The notes under the pieces: model-generated
Database searches by the model: none
What the model was told of the DNA's origin: nothing
The model's input: only the letters and a program-made list of their open reading frames with translations
Assembly (NCBI GenBank): GCA_041685435.1
Contig: JAWLFT010000002.1
Location: 22,058 to 86,057 of the forward strand
Origin: Roseovarius sp.
GTDB taxonomy: Bacteria > Pseudomonadota > Alphaproteobacteria > Rhodobacterales > Rhodobacteraceae
Direction of reading: 5' to 3'
DNA length: 64,000 nt
Part shown: positions 10,396 to 20,506 of the stretch, piece after piece
Position numbering within the stretch: the stretch's first letter is position 1
Layout of the letters: each line of letters begins with the position of its first letter
Position numbers and translations under genes: made by a program

Positions 10396-11559
10396 TCACG
10401 CCATCGCCCCCATCATTTCGCGGCCGACCAGCATGCGGCGGATCTCGCTGGTGCCGGCGCCGATCTCCATCAGCTTGGCGTCGCGGAAGATCCGCGCGAC
10501 GGGGCTGTCGTTCAGGAACCCTGCCCCGCCCATGGCCTGCACCGCCTGATGGGCCTGCACCATCGCCTGCTCGCTGGCGTAAAGACAGCAGGCGGCGGCG
10601 TCCTGACGGGTGACGTCGCCCCGGTCGCAGGCCTTGGCGACCTCGTAGACATAGGCGCGGGCGGAATTCATCGCGGTGTACATGTCGGCCATCTTGCCCT
10701 GCATCAGCTGGAACGATCCGATGGGCTGCCCGAACTGCTTGCGCTCGGCCATGTAGGGCATGATCGCATCCAGACAGGCGGCCATGATGCCGGTGCCGAT
10801 GCCCGCCAGCACCACGCGCTCGTAATCCAGCCCCGACATGAGGACCTGCACGCCGCGCCCCTCTTCGCCGAGGACGTTCTCGAACGGCACCTCGACATCG
10901 TCGAAGATCAGCTCTGCGGTGTTGCTGCCGCGCATGCCCAGCTTGTCGAAATGCGGGCTTGTGGAAAAGCCGGTCATGGTCTTTTCGATCAGGAAGGCGG
11001 TGATGCCGCGCGCGCCGGCCTCGGGGTCGGTCTTGGCATAGACCACCAGCGTATCGGCATCCGGGCCGTTGGTGATCCAGTATTTGGTGCCGCTCAGCTT
11101 GTAGTGATCGTTGCGCTTTTCGGCGCGCAGCTTCATCGAGACGACATCGCTGCCGGCGCCCGCCTCGGACATGGCGAGCGCGCCGACATGATCGCCCGAG
11201 ACCAGCCCGGGCAGGTATTTCTGCCGTTGGTCCGGCGTGCCGTTGAGCTTGATCTGGTTGACGCAGAGATTGCTGTGCGCCCCGTAGCTGAGCGAGACGC
11301 TCGCCGAGGCGCGCGCGATCTCCTCGACGGCGACGACATGCGCCAGATAATTCATGTCCGACCCGCCGTATTCCTCGGGGACGGTGATCCCCAGCAGGCC
11401 CAGATCGCCCATCTCGCGCCACAACTCATGCGGAAAGATGTTGCTGCGATCGACCTCGGCGGCGATCGGCGCCACACGCTCCTGCGCCCATCTGTGGACC
11501 ATCTCGCGCAGGGCGTTCACGTCCTCGCCCAGGTCGAATTGCATCACGGCATTGAACAT
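10396..11559 (-). CDS. ivd: Isovaleryl-CoA dehydrogenase
   Basis: [33 protein letters not shown] and [17 protein letters not shown] motifs; start [11 protein letters not shown]. Confidence 0.95.
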   Translation of the reverse strand: MFNAVMQFDLGEDVNALREMVHRWAQERVAPIAAEVDRSNIFPHELWREMGDLGLLGITVPEEYGGSDMNYLAHVVAVEEIARASASVSLSYGAHSNLCVNQIKLNGTPDQRQKYLPGLVSGDHVGALAMSEAGAGSDVVSMKLRAEKRNDHYKLSGTKYWITNGPDADTLVVYAKTDPEAGARGITAFLIEKTMTGFSTSPHFDKLGMRGSNTAELIFDDVEVPFENVLGEEGRGVQVLMSGLDYERVVLAGIGTGIMAACLDAIMPYMAERKQFGQPIGSFQLMQGKMADMYTAMNSARAYVYEVAKACDRGDVTRQDAAACCLYASEQAMVQAHQAVQAMGGAGFLNDSPVARIFRDAKLMEIGAGTSEIRRMLVGREMMGAMA

Positions 11560-11601
11560 CGCACCCCTCCCAAGGCGAACCGGCCGGCGGGGCCGGTTTA
11601 T

Positions 11602-11644
11602 TGAACGCACGTTCAGTTATGGCGCACGCGGTGCGCCGCGTCAA
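11602..11644 (-). promoter_or_regulatory. ivd promoter with overlapping palindromic operator
   Basis: Minus strand TTGACG(11644-11639)-N17-CATAAC(11621-11616), followed directly by the inverted repeat TGAACG-N2-CGTTCA (11602-11615). Confidence 0.7.
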
Positions 11645-11764
11645 TCCTGCAGCGTTCAGAGGAAGGATAGCACGCGAATGCCGGCGCCGGGAAGCGTCCC
11701 GCGAACGCGGAGGCACGCCGTCGAGATCACCCCGCGTCGTCGGGGTCTCCCGCGCCCTGCCCTG

Positions 11765-12181
11765 TCACACCTCGCGCGGGGGCACCACGCCCTGTTCGGC
11801 CAGACGGGTGAAGAAGCCCAGCACTTCGTCTTCGGTGGTGCGCTCGATGGCGCCGTCGCGCACCTGCTCGATGGTCCAGACCCAGCTATCGGCGGGATCG
11901 TCACGCATCGCCCAGCCCGGAAACAGCCGTGTCTCGATCTCACGCTCCACCAGTTTGGTGATGTCGACATGCCGGTCATCGTCGAGGATGCGGTGATACA
12001 CGGCCTCGACCTGTCGCTGCGGCCCTTCGAGAAGCTGCAGGTAGAGATCGTGCCGCGCGATCAGCGCACCGGTGATGTTGTCGCGCTGATTGGCCCGGCG
12101 CGAATCAAGGAGCAGGTTCGACAGCGTTGCCTGATCGAAACCGAACGGGCGGGACGCGTAGACAAGCTGGACAAGCGACAT
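11765..12181 (-). CDS. Stand-alone BLUF domain blue-light sensor
   Basis: QLVYASR, SRRANQRDNITGAL, LQLLEGP, DDRH and RLFPGWAM retain the conserved BLUF Tyr/Asn/Gln/Trp/Met residues; AGGAG RBS. Confidence 0.92.
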   Translation of the reverse strand: MSLVQLVYASRPFGFDQATLSNLLLDSRRANQRDNITGALIARHDLYLQLLEGPQRQVEAVYHRILDDDRHVDITKLVEREIETRLFPGWAMRDDPADSWVWTIEQVRDGAIERTTEDEVLGFFTRLAEQGVVPPREV

Positions 12182-12367
12182 GCGTGATCTCCTTTCGCGT
12201 CGGGCCCAAAAGCGTCGGCCTTGACCTTCAGGAATATCGCGGGCGCGGCACCGCGTCCAGCCTTCATGCCCCTCACGTCCGCCCGCCTGCACGGCACCCT
12301 ACACCTGCCGGGAAAACTCCGCTATCAGACGTCCGAGCGATTCCGAGCCCCTTTGAGGACCAGTCCC

Positions 12368-13660
12368 ATGCACGACATCCGCGCGATCCGCGACGACCCG
12401 GACACATTCGACGCCGCCCTCGCCCGCCGCGGGCTCGAAGGGGCCTCGGGCCCGGTGCTGGAACTGGATGCGGCGCGCCGCGCCAAGATCAGCGCCGCGG
12501 AATCCGCCCAGGCCGAGCAGAACCGCGCCGCCAAGGAGGTGGGGGCGGCCAAGGCGCGCGGCGACGAGGCAGAGTTTGCCCGGCTGCGCGCGCTGGTGGG
12601 CGAGAAGAAGGCCGAGGTCGCCACGATGCAGGCCGAGGCCAAGGATCTCGACGCGCAACTCACCGAGATGCTGATGGGGCTGCCCAACCTGCCCCTGGAC
12701 GACGTGCCCGAGGGGGCCGACGAGACGGAGAACGTGGAGCTGCGCCGCTGGGGCACGCCTGCCATGCGCGATTTCACCGCGAAAGAGCATTACGACATCG
12801 CCGGTGTCGCGCCGGGCATGGATTTCGAGGCCGCCGCGACCCTGTCGGGCAGTCGTTTCGTGGTGCTGAAAGGCGCTGTGGCGCGCATTCACCGGGCGCT
12901 GGCGCAATTCATGCTCGATGTGCATGTCGAGGAAAACGGCCTGTCGGAGACATGGACGCCGGTGCTGGTGCGCGACGAGATGATGCAGGGCACCGGGCAA
13001 TTGCCGAAATTCGGCGAGGACAGCTACCGCACCACCAATGGCTGGTGGCTGGTGCCGACGGCCGAGGTGACGCTGACCAACCTCGTGCACGGGCTGACCG
13101 TCGAGGCCGCGACGCTGCCGCGCCGGATGGTGGCGCATACGCAATGCTTCAGGTCCGAGGCCGGATCGGCGGGGCGCGACACCGCCGGCATGCTGCGCCA
13201 GCACCAGTTCGAGAAGGTCGAGATGGTGTCGATCACCCGTCCCGAGACCAGCCGCGACGAGCTGGAGCGGATGACCGGCTGTGCCGAGGGGATCCTGCAG
13301 CGGCTCGGCCTGCCCTACCGCACGGTGGTGCTGTGCACCGGCGACATGGGGTTCGGCGCGCGGCGCACGCATGACATCGAGGTCTGGCTGCCCGGGCAGG
13401 ACATGTATCGCGAGATCTCCTCGGTCTCGGTCTGCGGCGACTTTCAGGCGCGGCGGATGAATGCGCGGTTCAAACCCGCCGGCGGCGGCAAGCCGGATTT
13501 CGTGCACACGCTGAACGGGTCGGGGCTGGCGGTCGGGCGCGCGCTGATCGCGGTGCTGGAAAACGGCCAGCAGGCCGATGGATCGGTGCGCCTGCCCGAC
13601 GCGCTGCAGCCCTATCTGCGGGGCCGGACGGTGCTGGGCGCCGACGGGATTCTGCGCTGA
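12368..13660 (+). CDS. serS: Serine--tRNA ligase
   Basis: [35 protein letters not shown] and [12 protein letters not shown] motifs. Confidence 0.97.
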   Translation: MHDIRAIRDDPDTFDAALARRGLEGASGPVLELDAARRAKISAAESAQAEQNRAAKEVGAAKARGDEAEFARLRALVGEKKAEVATMQAEAKDLDAQLTEMLMGLPNLPLDDVPEGADETENVELRRWGTPAMRDFTAKEHYDIAGVAPGMDFEAAATLSGSRFVVLKGAVARIHRALAQFMLDVHVEENGLSETWTPVLVRDEMMQGTGQLPKFGEDSYRTTNGWWLVPTAEVTLTNLVHGLTVEAATLPRRMVAHTQCFRSEAGSAGRDTAGMLRQHQFEKVEMVSITRPETSRDELERMTGCAEGILQRLGLPYRTVVLCTGDMGFGARRTHDIEVWLPGQDMYREISSVSVCGDFQARRMNARFKPAGGGKPDFVHTLNGSGLAVGRALIAVLENGQQADGSVRLPDALQPYLRGRTVLGADGILR

Positions 13661-13662
13661 CG

Positions 13663-13859
13663 GGGCGCGGTGCTGCTATGGCCTGAGTCTGACCTCCGCA
13701 AAAGCAGCGCCAGCGCATGTCCGCGGGCAGGCGATCCAACGATCGTTCAGGGCACTTTATCCCGGCCGAACCGAAAATGCCCCAATCGACGTGCCAGCTT
13801 GAACAAATCGCCTGTCCGGGGGGCGGACATGCGATGGCGCTGCGGCGCGTATCGCGCCC
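13663..13859 (+). other. Long nested inverted-repeat / fold-back element (candidate structured RNA or MITE-like insert)
   Basis: Stems 13663-13673/13849-13859, 13704-13724/13823-13843, 13725-13735/13807-13817, 13745-13750/13799-13804 and 13751-13755/13791-13795. Confidence 0.65.
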
Positions 13860-13891
13860 GGAAGATAGCCTAAACGTCCCCTTCAGGCCAG

Positions 13892-13921
13892 TTGCACCCC
13901 GGATCGACGACGCATTACACT
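13892..13921 (+). promoter_or_regulatory. Putative sigma70 promoter of the glycerate kinase gene
   Basis: TTGCAC-N18-TACACT, 30 bp before the ATG at 13952. Confidence 0.45.
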
Positions 13922-13951
13922 GCTTACATTTCCCATCTCGAGGTTCCTTGC

Positions 13952-15232
13952 ATGACCGACCCCCAGGCCTTTCTGCGCGCGCTTTTCGACCGGGCGGTCG
14001 CCGTCGCCGATCCGATGCAGAGCCTCGCGTCCCATCTGCCCCCGCGTCCCGAGGGGCGGCTTGTGGTCGTCGGCGCGGGCAAGGCCAGCGCGCGCATGGC
14101 CGAGGCGGTCGAGGCGGCTTACGGGCCCTGCGAGGGCCTCGTGATCACGCGCTATGGCTACGCCCGGCCCTGCCGTGGCATCGAGATCGTCGAGGCCGCC
14201 CATCCGGTGCCCGACGAAGCCGGCGCGCGCGCCACCGCCCGGATGCTCGATCTGCTGGGCGGGCTGGGCGAGGACGATCAGGTGCTGGCGCTGATCTCGG
14301 GCGGGGCCTCGGCGCTGCTGGTGCAGCCGGCGGGCGACATGACGCTGGCCGAAAAACAGGCGGTCAACGCCGCCCTGCTCGCCTCGGGCGCGCCGATCGG
14401 ACAGATGAACGTGCTGCGCAAGCATCTCAGCCGCGTCAAGGGCGGGCAACTGGCCGCCGCCGCCTACCCTGCGCGGATGCTGGCGCTGATGATCTCGGAC
14501 GTGCCGGGCGACGATCCGGCGATGATCGGGTCCGGCCCCACCGTGGGCGAGGCGAGCACAGCGGCAGACGCGCGCGCCATCGCGGCGCGCTACCGCGTCG
14601 ATCTGCCTGACGCGGCTCTGGCGGTCCTGCAAGGCCCGACGCGCGTCGTCGCCCCCGATGATTCGCGTCTGGGCCGCACCGCGAATGTGATCTACGCCGC
14701 CCCCGGACAGTCGCTCGAGGCCGCCGCCGAGATGGCGCGAGAGACCGGTGTCACGGTCGAGATCCTCGGCGATGCGATCGAGGGCGAGGCGCGCGACATC
14801 GCACAAACCCATGCCGAGCTTGCGCGCGGCGCACAGGCGCGGCTGACGCCGGATGCCGCGCCGCGCCTGTTGTTGTCGGGGGGCGAGCTGACCGTCACCC
14901 GGCGCGGCGACGGCGTGGGCGGGCCGAATGCGGAATACGCGCTGGCGCTGGCACTGGCGCTGAATGGCGCGCCGGGCATCCATGCGATCGCCTGCGACAC
15001 CGACGGGGTGGACGGCGCCGCCGAGGTCGCCGGCGCCGTGATCGGGCCCGAGACGCTCGCGCAGGCCGCAACACTCGCTGTCGATGCGGCACAGGGCCTC
15101 GCGCGCAACGACGCCCATGGCGTCTTCGACAGCCTGGGCTGTCAGGTCGTCACCGGGCCAACCCTGACCAATGTCAACGACTTCCGAGCCATCCTTGTCA
15201 CACGCTGCGAGACCCCTCTTTCAACAACCTGA
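13952..15232 (+). CDS. Glycerate kinase, MOFRL/TtuD family
   Basis: GAGKAS, LISGGASALL, RKHLSRVKGG, SGGELTV, DTDGVDG and GPTLTNVNDFRA motifs. Confidence 0.92.
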   Translation: MTDPQAFLRALFDRAVAVADPMQSLASHLPPRPEGRLVVVGAGKASARMAEAVEAAYGPCEGLVITRYGYARPCRGIEIVEAAHPVPDEAGARATARMLDLLGGLGEDDQVLALISGGASALLVQPAGDMTLAEKQAVNAALLASGAPIGQMNVLRKHLSRVKGGQLAAAAYPARMLALMISDVPGDDPAMIGSGPTVGEASTAADARAIAARYRVDLPDAALAVLQGPTRVVAPDDSRLGRTANVIYAAPGQSLEAAAEMARETGVTVEILGDAIEGEARDIAQTHAELARGAQARLTPDAAPRLLLSGGELTVTRRGDGVGGPNAEYALALALALNGAPGIHAIACDTDGVDGAAEVAGAVIGPETLAQAATLAVDAAQGLARNDAHGVFDSLGCQVVTGPTLTNVNDFRAILVTRCETPLSTT

Positions 15233-15299
15233 AATTCTTGGATTCGCAATGGCGTTGATAATTTGCCATAATCACGGCTCATCTGAAGGGGGATCACAC

Positions 15300-15680
15300 A
15301 TGAAACGTCGTGCACTGTTCACAACTCTCATGGCCGTGACGCTGTTGCCGGTATTGTCTGCACCGGCCAAGGCACAACAAATGAACGCGTCCGAGATCGA
15401 GGACCTGCTGGCCGGCAATACCATCAAGGGCGCCTGGTCCGGCGAGCAGTACCGTCAATACTTCGCCGAGGATGGCGCCACGGTCTATGTCGCCGACGAC
15501 GGCGAGCGCGAGCACGGCCGCTGGCGTGTCGATCGCGACAAGCAGGTCTATGAAAGCTGGTGGCCCAGCACCGGCTGGATACCCTATGCCATGGTCGACG
15601 TGCCGGATGGCGAATACGCATGGCTCAATGGCGACCGGATGGAGACATTCGAGGTCGAGGAGGGACGACGGATCGAGTGA
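15300..15680 (+). CDS. Secreted hypothetical protein
   Basis: Signal peptide (MKRR...APAKA-Q), EIEDLLAGNT...QYFAEDG...GRWRV; GGGGGA RBS. Confidence 0.8.
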   Translation: MKRRALFTTLMAVTLLPVLSAPAKAQQMNASEIEDLLAGNTIKGAWSGEQYRQYFAEDGATVYVADDGEREHGRWRVDRDKQVYESWWPSTGWIPYAMVDVPDGEYAWLNGDRMETFEVEEGRRIE

Positions 15681-15715
15681 GACGGCGGCGGCACGGCCCC
15701 GCCGCGGGCCGTGCG

Positions 15716-16618
15716 CTACCGCGCGCCAGGATGGGGATCCGCATCGCCCAGTGACAGCGTATGCGCGCGCAGCCAGTCCATGAAGCCGCGCGGATCGCTG
15801 GCCAGCATCTCCATCTGTGCGGCACCGACGGGCGCCCCCACGATGGGATTCTGAGGATGGTTGCAGCTATGCACGACCTCGTGCAGCAGCAGTCCCTGCC
15901 GCAGCGTCGCCGAGATCCGGTTGGCGATCTGGTACCAGCGCGAGTTGGACCCGGGAAAGAACACCGGCACCACCGTGGCGCCGGACCGGCGGATCATCTG
16001 CGCGGTGAACACGTTCCAGTCCCGCTCCACCGCCGGGCCTAACATGGTGTCCGACGAGGCCACCACGCCCGAGGGAAAGACGCTGATCAGCCCGCCCTCC
16101 TTGAGATGGGCCATCGCCTTGGCGCGCATCTCGACCGATTTGCGCTGCGCCTCGGGCTCGTGCGGGAACGGCACCGAGATCATGTAGGAGGCCGCGACCT
16201 CGTCGATGCCGATCAGAAGCTCGCGCGACAGGATCTTGAAATCGGTGCGCCGGCGCCCGATCAGGTCGGCCAGCACCATGCCGTCGACCAGACCGTGCGG
16301 GTGATTGGCCACCAGCACCACCGGGCCGTCTGCGGGAATGTTGCGGATCTGGTCCTGAGGCGTCAGCAGCTGGACGCCCATGATGTCGAGGGCCGCGCGC
16401 CAGAAAGCCTGGCCGGTTGGCGGGCCGGTCTTCTCGAAGCGGCGGATCATGCGGATGATGGTGATCTTGCCGGTCATCCATTCCAGCGCGCGGATGAACG
16501 CAGAGGTCAGCGGGCCGTCGAAGCTGTTGGCATAGGTGATGCTGCGACGGTCATGGGTGCGCGGCATATCCCCGCCGCCGGCCGCCGTGTCAGGTTTTTT
16601 CTGCGCCTTGGTGCTCAC
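15716..16618 (-). CDS. Lysophospholipid acyltransferase (PlsC-like) family protein
   Basis: ANHPHGLVDG (HX4D) and VFPSG motifs; start uncertain. Confidence 0.85.
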   Translation of the reverse strand: MSTKAQKKPDTAAGGGDMPRTHDRRSITYANSFDGPLTSAFIRALEWMTGKITIIRMIRRFEKTGPPTGQAFWRAALDIMGVQLLTPQDQIRNIPADGPVVLVANHPHGLVDGMVLADLIGRRRTDFKILSRELLIGIDEVAASYMISVPFPHEPEAQRKSVEMRAKAMAHLKEGGLISVFPSGVVASSDTMLGPAVERDWNVFTAQMIRRSGATVVPVFFPGSNSRWYQIANRISATLRQGLLLHEVVHSCNHPQNPIVGAPVGAAQMEMLASDPRGFMDWLRAHTLSLGDADPHPGAR

Positions 16619-16669
16619 TGACCCGTCCCTGTTCCGCTTTTTCGTGCGACCGACGGATGTCCGGCGTGG

Positions 16670-16948
16670 TCACATATCCTCGCCAAACCGCGCGGCGACG
16701 AGCGCCGCGATCGCATCGGCGAGCGGTTCGGCGTCGGACCCCGCGATTTCGAGGTCAATAATGCTTCCCTTGGCCGCTGCCAACATCAAAAGCCCCATGA
16801 TGCTGTCGCCAGAGGCGCTTTGGCCCTGATGGCTGACCTCGACATTGGCATCGAACCCCTCGACCACCTCGACGAATTTCGCGGCGGCGCGCGCATGCAG
16901 CCCCTTTTCGTTCACGATCTTCACCTGCCGCGAGACCTCCACGGTCAT
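16670..16948 (-). CDS. ptsH: Phosphocarrier protein HPr/NPr
   Basis: GLHARAAAK and DSIMGLLML motifs. Confidence 0.93.
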   Translation of the reverse strand: MTVEVSRQVKIVNEKGLHARAAAKFVEVVEGFDANVEVSHQGQSASGDSIMGLLMLAAAKGSIIDLEIAGSDAEPLADAIAALVAARFGEDM

Positions 16949-16976
16949 GACAGCGCCCCCTCATTCCTATTCTCGG

Positions 16977-17369
16977 TCAGCCCGTCGTCACATTGTGGCT
17001 GTCGATATATTTGCGCCCGGCCTCAAGGGCCGCGCGCGCGGCCTCGGGCACGCTGACATTGCGGCTTTTCATCAGTTTGATCAGCAGCGGCAGGTTCGCC
17101 CCGTAAAGGATGCGCCTGTTCTCGGGGCGCCCTGCACGCATCGACAGGTTCGACGGCGAGCCGCCGAAGATGTCGGTCACGATAATCACCCCGTCGCCAC
17201 TGTCCACGGCATCGGCGGCGGCGCAGATCTCGGCCTGCTTGAGGGCGCGTTCATGCCCGTCCTCTATGCTGATGGCGCGTATCCCCGGCTGCACGCCGAC
17301 CACATGTTCGACCGCATTGAGATATTCGCGGGCGAGCCCGCCATGCGCCACGATGACTATGCCGATCAC
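16977..17369 (-). CDS. PTS EIIA component, mannose/fructose family
   Basis: IVIVAHGGLA, TDIFGGSPSN and GANLP motifs. Confidence 0.92.
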   Translation of the reverse strand: MIGIVIVAHGGLAREYLNAVEHVVGVQPGIRAISIEDGHERALKQAEICAAADAVDSGDGVIIVTDIFGGSPSNLSMRAGRPENRRILYGANLPLLIKLMKSRNVSVPEAARAALEAGRKYIDSHNVTTG

Positions 17370-17396
17370 GACAGATACACTCCTCTGGTCAGCGGG

Positions 17397-18317
17397 TCAT
17401 GCCCTCGCCTCGCCGCGCCGCTCCAGTTCGCGATGCCTTATAGACACCTGCCAGTCGCGTTGCGCAAGGCTTTCGGCAAGACTTTCCGCCATCACCACGC
17501 TGCGATGCTGACCGCCGGTGCAGCCGAACCCGATGGCAAGATAGGATTTCCCCTCGGCTTGATAGGCGGGCAGCAATTCCGCCACCAGATCCGTGACGCG
17601 GGCGTGAAAGTTCGCGAACCGCGGATCGACCTGCACGAAGCGGGCGACCTCGGGCGCGCGGCCGTCCTGCGCGCGCAGGTCGGGCTGCCAGTGCGGGTTT
17701 TTCAGGAACCGGCAGTCGAGCACCATGTCGAGCCCGTGCGGCAGGCCCCGCTTGTAGGAAAACGAATGCACCGACACGGCGAGCCTTTGTCCGTTCTGCG
17801 GCGCGAACCAGCGTTCCAGCTCGGCGCGCAGATCATGCGGCGACATGTCGGAGGTGTCGATCAGCAGATCGGCGCGCGCCCGGACCGGCACCAGCAGGTC
17901 GCGCTCGCGGGTGATCCCGGCCTCGACGCTTTCCTCGGGGGCCAACGGATGCCGCCGGCGGGTTTCGGAGAATCGCTGCTGCAGGATCTCGGGGCGGCAG
18001 TCGAGATAGAGCACCCGCAGCCGCAGCCCCGCCTGCCCGTCGAGCCGCTCGATCAGGCTGATCAGCGCATCGGTGGAGAAATCGCGATTGCGCACGTCGA
18101 GCCCGAGCGCGAGCGGCTTTTCCGGCGGCGACCGCCCGTCGAGCAGACGCGGCAGCAGGCTGAACGGCATGTTGTCGATCGCCTCGAATCCAAGATCCTC
18201 CAGCGCCCGGATCGCGGTGCTGCGACCCGCGCCCGACGGCCCGGTGACCAGCACCAGCTGCGGTGCCAGCCGGTCGGGTTCGAGCATGTCGGGTTCGGGC
18301 GAGGCGTCATCCGTCAT
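17397..18317 (-). CDS. rapZ: RNase adapter RapZ-like P-loop nucleotide-binding protein
   Basis: [24 protein letters not shown] and [10 protein letters not shown] motifs; start uncertain. Confidence 0.92.
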   Translation of the reverse strand: MTDDASPEPDMLEPDRLAPQLVLVTGPSGAGRSTAIRALEDLGFEAIDNMPFSLLPRLLDGRSPPEKPLALGLDVRNRDFSTDALISLIERLDGQAGLRLRVLYLDCRPEILQQRFSETRRRHPLAPEESVEAGITRERDLLVPVRARADLLIDTSDMSPHDLRAELERWFAPQNGQRLAVSVHSFSYKRGLPHGLDMVLDCRFLKNPHWQPDLRAQDGRAPEVARFVQVDPRFANFHARVTDLVAELLPAYQAEGKSYLAIGFGCTGGQHRSVVMAESLAESLAQRDWQVSIRHRELERRGEARA

Positions 18318-18330
18318 GGCCACGTCGTCG

Positions 18331-18783
18331 TCACGTCGTCCTGAAGTCATCTTGCACCCCATGCCTGAGATATAGCAGAATCGCCGCCGGAAAATGCGTA
18401 TGCACAGTCTTTTCAAAGCGCGGCAACGCCACGCCCATCACGGTTTCGTGCACGACCGGTGGCAGACGGTCGGTCGCGGTCCGGTCCATGTCCACCAGCA
18501 GCGCGACCGGCACCGGCCCCGCGGCCGGCACCTGCAGGATGCCGACGCCGCGCGCCTCGATCCGGCCGCGGATGGTGTCGGGCGCGTCGGCCATCAGCAC
18601 ATCGTGATTCCGCCAGAGCCGCGTGCGGTCGTCCGAGACCAGCACGCCCCCCAGCGCCATCAGCTGCAGCGCGAGCCCCGACTTGCCGCGCCCGGACGCG
18701 CCACGGATCAGCACCGCGCGCGGGCCCACCGCCACGCAGCTTGCGTGCATCACATGATCGCGGGGCGCCTCATGGAGGGTCAT
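18331..18783 (-). CDS. hprK: HPr kinase/phosphorylase (short alphaproteobacterial type)
   Basis: [18 protein letters not shown] and IEARGVGI motifs. Confidence 0.9.
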   Translation of the reverse strand: MTLHEAPRDHVMHASCVAVGPRAVLIRGASGRGKSGLALQLMALGGVLVSDDRTRLWRNHDVLMADAPDTIRGRIEARGVGILQVPAAGPVPVALLVDMDRTATDRLPPVVHETVMGVALPRFEKTVHTHFPAAILLYLRHGVQDDFRTT

Positions 18784-18786
18784 CGG

Positions 18787-20475
18787 CTAAACCGACAGGC
18801 CCACGACAAAGCGCGCGCCGGTCGCGCCAGATCGGGCACCGGCGTCTGCCGGTTGGATGTTCTCGGCCCAGATCACACCGTCATGCGCCTCGACGATCTG
18901 CTTGGAAATGGCCAGACCAAGCCCGGAATGATTGCCGAACTCGTCCGCCGGACGGTTGGAATAGAACCGCTCGAACACCCTCTCGAGCGTGCCTTCGGTA
19001 AGGCCCGGCCCGCTATCCTCGACCACGACCAGCACCCGGTCGCCCCGCCGGCGCGCCCAGACCCGGATCGTGTCGCCCGCCTTGCAAAAACTAATCGCGT
19101 TGGTGATCAGATTGACGAAGACCTGCGCCAGTCGCGCCTCGATCCCGGTGATGACGAGCGGCTGATCTGGAAAATCGGTGATGAGCGCCACCCCTTTCTC
19201 GTCAGTCTGCGGTTTCAGAGACTGGCTCATATTGCGCAGCATCTCAACCAGATCGAATCGGACCTGCTCCTCTCTGACCAGATCGCTGTCGAGCCGCGAG
19301 GCGCGGGACATGTCGCTGACCAGCCGGTCGAGCCGTCGCACGTCATGCTCGATCACCTCCAGAAGGCACTCGCGCTGGTCCTCGCGGGTGGTCATGCGCA
19401 TCGTGTCCACGGCACAGCGCAGGCTGGTCAGCGGGTTCTTGATCTCGTGGGCCACGTCGGCGGCGAACTGTTCGTTGCTTTCGATCCGCTGATAGAGCGC
19501 CGCGACCATGCCCCGCAGCGATTCTGACAAACGGCCGATCTCGTCGGAGTGCCCGGTCAGATCCGGGATGCGGATGCGGCCCGTATCCGGCCCGCGATCA
19601 TCGGGGATCCGGTCGCGCCCGGTCTCGGCCGCTTGCGCCAGATCTTCCAGCGGGCCCGAGATCGCCCGCGCCAGCACGAGGCTCAGCCCGACCGAGATCA
19701 GCGCGGCGATCAGGAAGATCCGCAGCGCCCGTTCCTGCCCTTCGCGGACCAGTGCGTCGAGCACGCCCGGTGCCTCCGACAGCACCAGCACCGCCACCGG
19801 GGCCGATCCCCGAACCACCGGGGCCGCGGCCCAGAGCCGCTGATCGGGCGGGCTGCGCATCTCGTGAAGCTGCGGGCCGCCGGTCACCGCGTCGCCCGCC
19901 AGCACGCGCGCCATCTCTTCCGGGTCGGGTTGCGTCCGGGGAGTGGCCCGGTCCCTGACGAGGCTCGTCACCGCCTCTGCCATCCAGCTCAGGCCGTCCA
20001 CCATGGGGGTGGCCTCAGGCGACGGGTGCGACGGCTCTGCGGTCGCATCGCCCGTTCTGTGCGCCAGAAGGCGGTTGGCGGGATCAAACAGCCAGACCTC
20101 GGTGTCCGCTCTCAGGCGCAGGTGTTGCAGGATATCCGCAGCGGTCGCCGTGCCGGAAAACCCGCCATCAGGCCTGTCAGGGACCGTGTCATCGGGCAGC
20201 CGTTCCGCCATAACCTGCGACATATGGGTCGCTGATTGCAGCAATGTGTCGGCCCGGTGGCGCAGCAGCGCGTCATGCGATCCGCCAAGATAGATCGCGC
20301 CCAGCGCCAGCACGGTCAGTGCGATGAGATTGAAGAGGATGATCCGGCGCCGCAGCGCGGAACCGCGCACCCGCGTCCAGTCCTGCGTCCAGTTCCGCGC
20401 CGCGCCGGCGGCCCGGGTGACACGGCCCGGTCCGCCGTGCCCCCGGGCACGATCGGCGTTCGACTTCGGCAGCAC
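18787..20475 (-). CDS. chvG: Two-component sensor histidine kinase ChvG/ExoS
   Basis: Two TM segments, HAMP, DVAHEIKNPL, NLITNA, EDSGPG and SGLGLAIS; GTG start with GAGGAGG RBS; directly downstream of chvI. Confidence 0.88.
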   Translation of the reverse strand: MLPKSNADRARGHGGPGRVTRAAGAARNWTQDWTRVRGSALRRRIILFNLIALTVLALGAIYLGGSHDALLRHRADTLLQSATHMSQVMAERLPDDTVPDRPDGGFSGTATAADILQHLRLRADTEVWLFDPANRLLAHRTGDATAEPSHPSPEATPMVDGLSWMAEAVTSLVRDRATPRTQPDPEEMARVLAGDAVTGGPQLHEMRSPPDQRLWAAAPVVRGSAPVAVLVLSEAPGVLDALVREGQERALRIFLIAALISVGLSLVLARAISGPLEDLAQAAETGRDRIPDDRGPDTGRIRIPDLTGHSDEIGRLSESLRGMVAALYQRIESNEQFAADVAHEIKNPLTSLRCAVDTMRMTTREDQRECLLEVIEHDVRRLDRLVSDMSRASRLDSDLVREEQVRFDLVEMLRNMSQSLKPQTDEKGVALITDFPDQPLVITGIEARLAQVFVNLITNAISFCKAGDTIRVWARRRGDRVLVVVEDSGPGLTEGTLERVFERFYSNRPADEFGNHSGLGLAISKQIVEAHDGVIWAENIQPADAGARSGATGARFVVGLSV

Positions 20476-20506
20476 GCCAGGCCCTCCTCATGACGCCCCC
20501 ACGATA

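Noticed and set aside
12221-12234. FNR-like TTGAC-CTTC-AGGAA upstream of the BLUF gene
   Set aside because: Right half-site matches only 3/5; too weak to call.
13663-13859. Fold-back considered as 6S RNA, SRP RNA, tRNA or a T-box
   Set aside because: No symmetric central bubble or zapA/ygfA context, no SRP or cloverleaf motifs, and it lies 3' rather than 5' of the synthetase.
20273-20491. Possible frameshift at the chvG 5' end (out-of-frame ATG at 20491)
   Set aside because: The in-frame GTG at 20475 has a strong GAGGAGG RBS at normal spacing.
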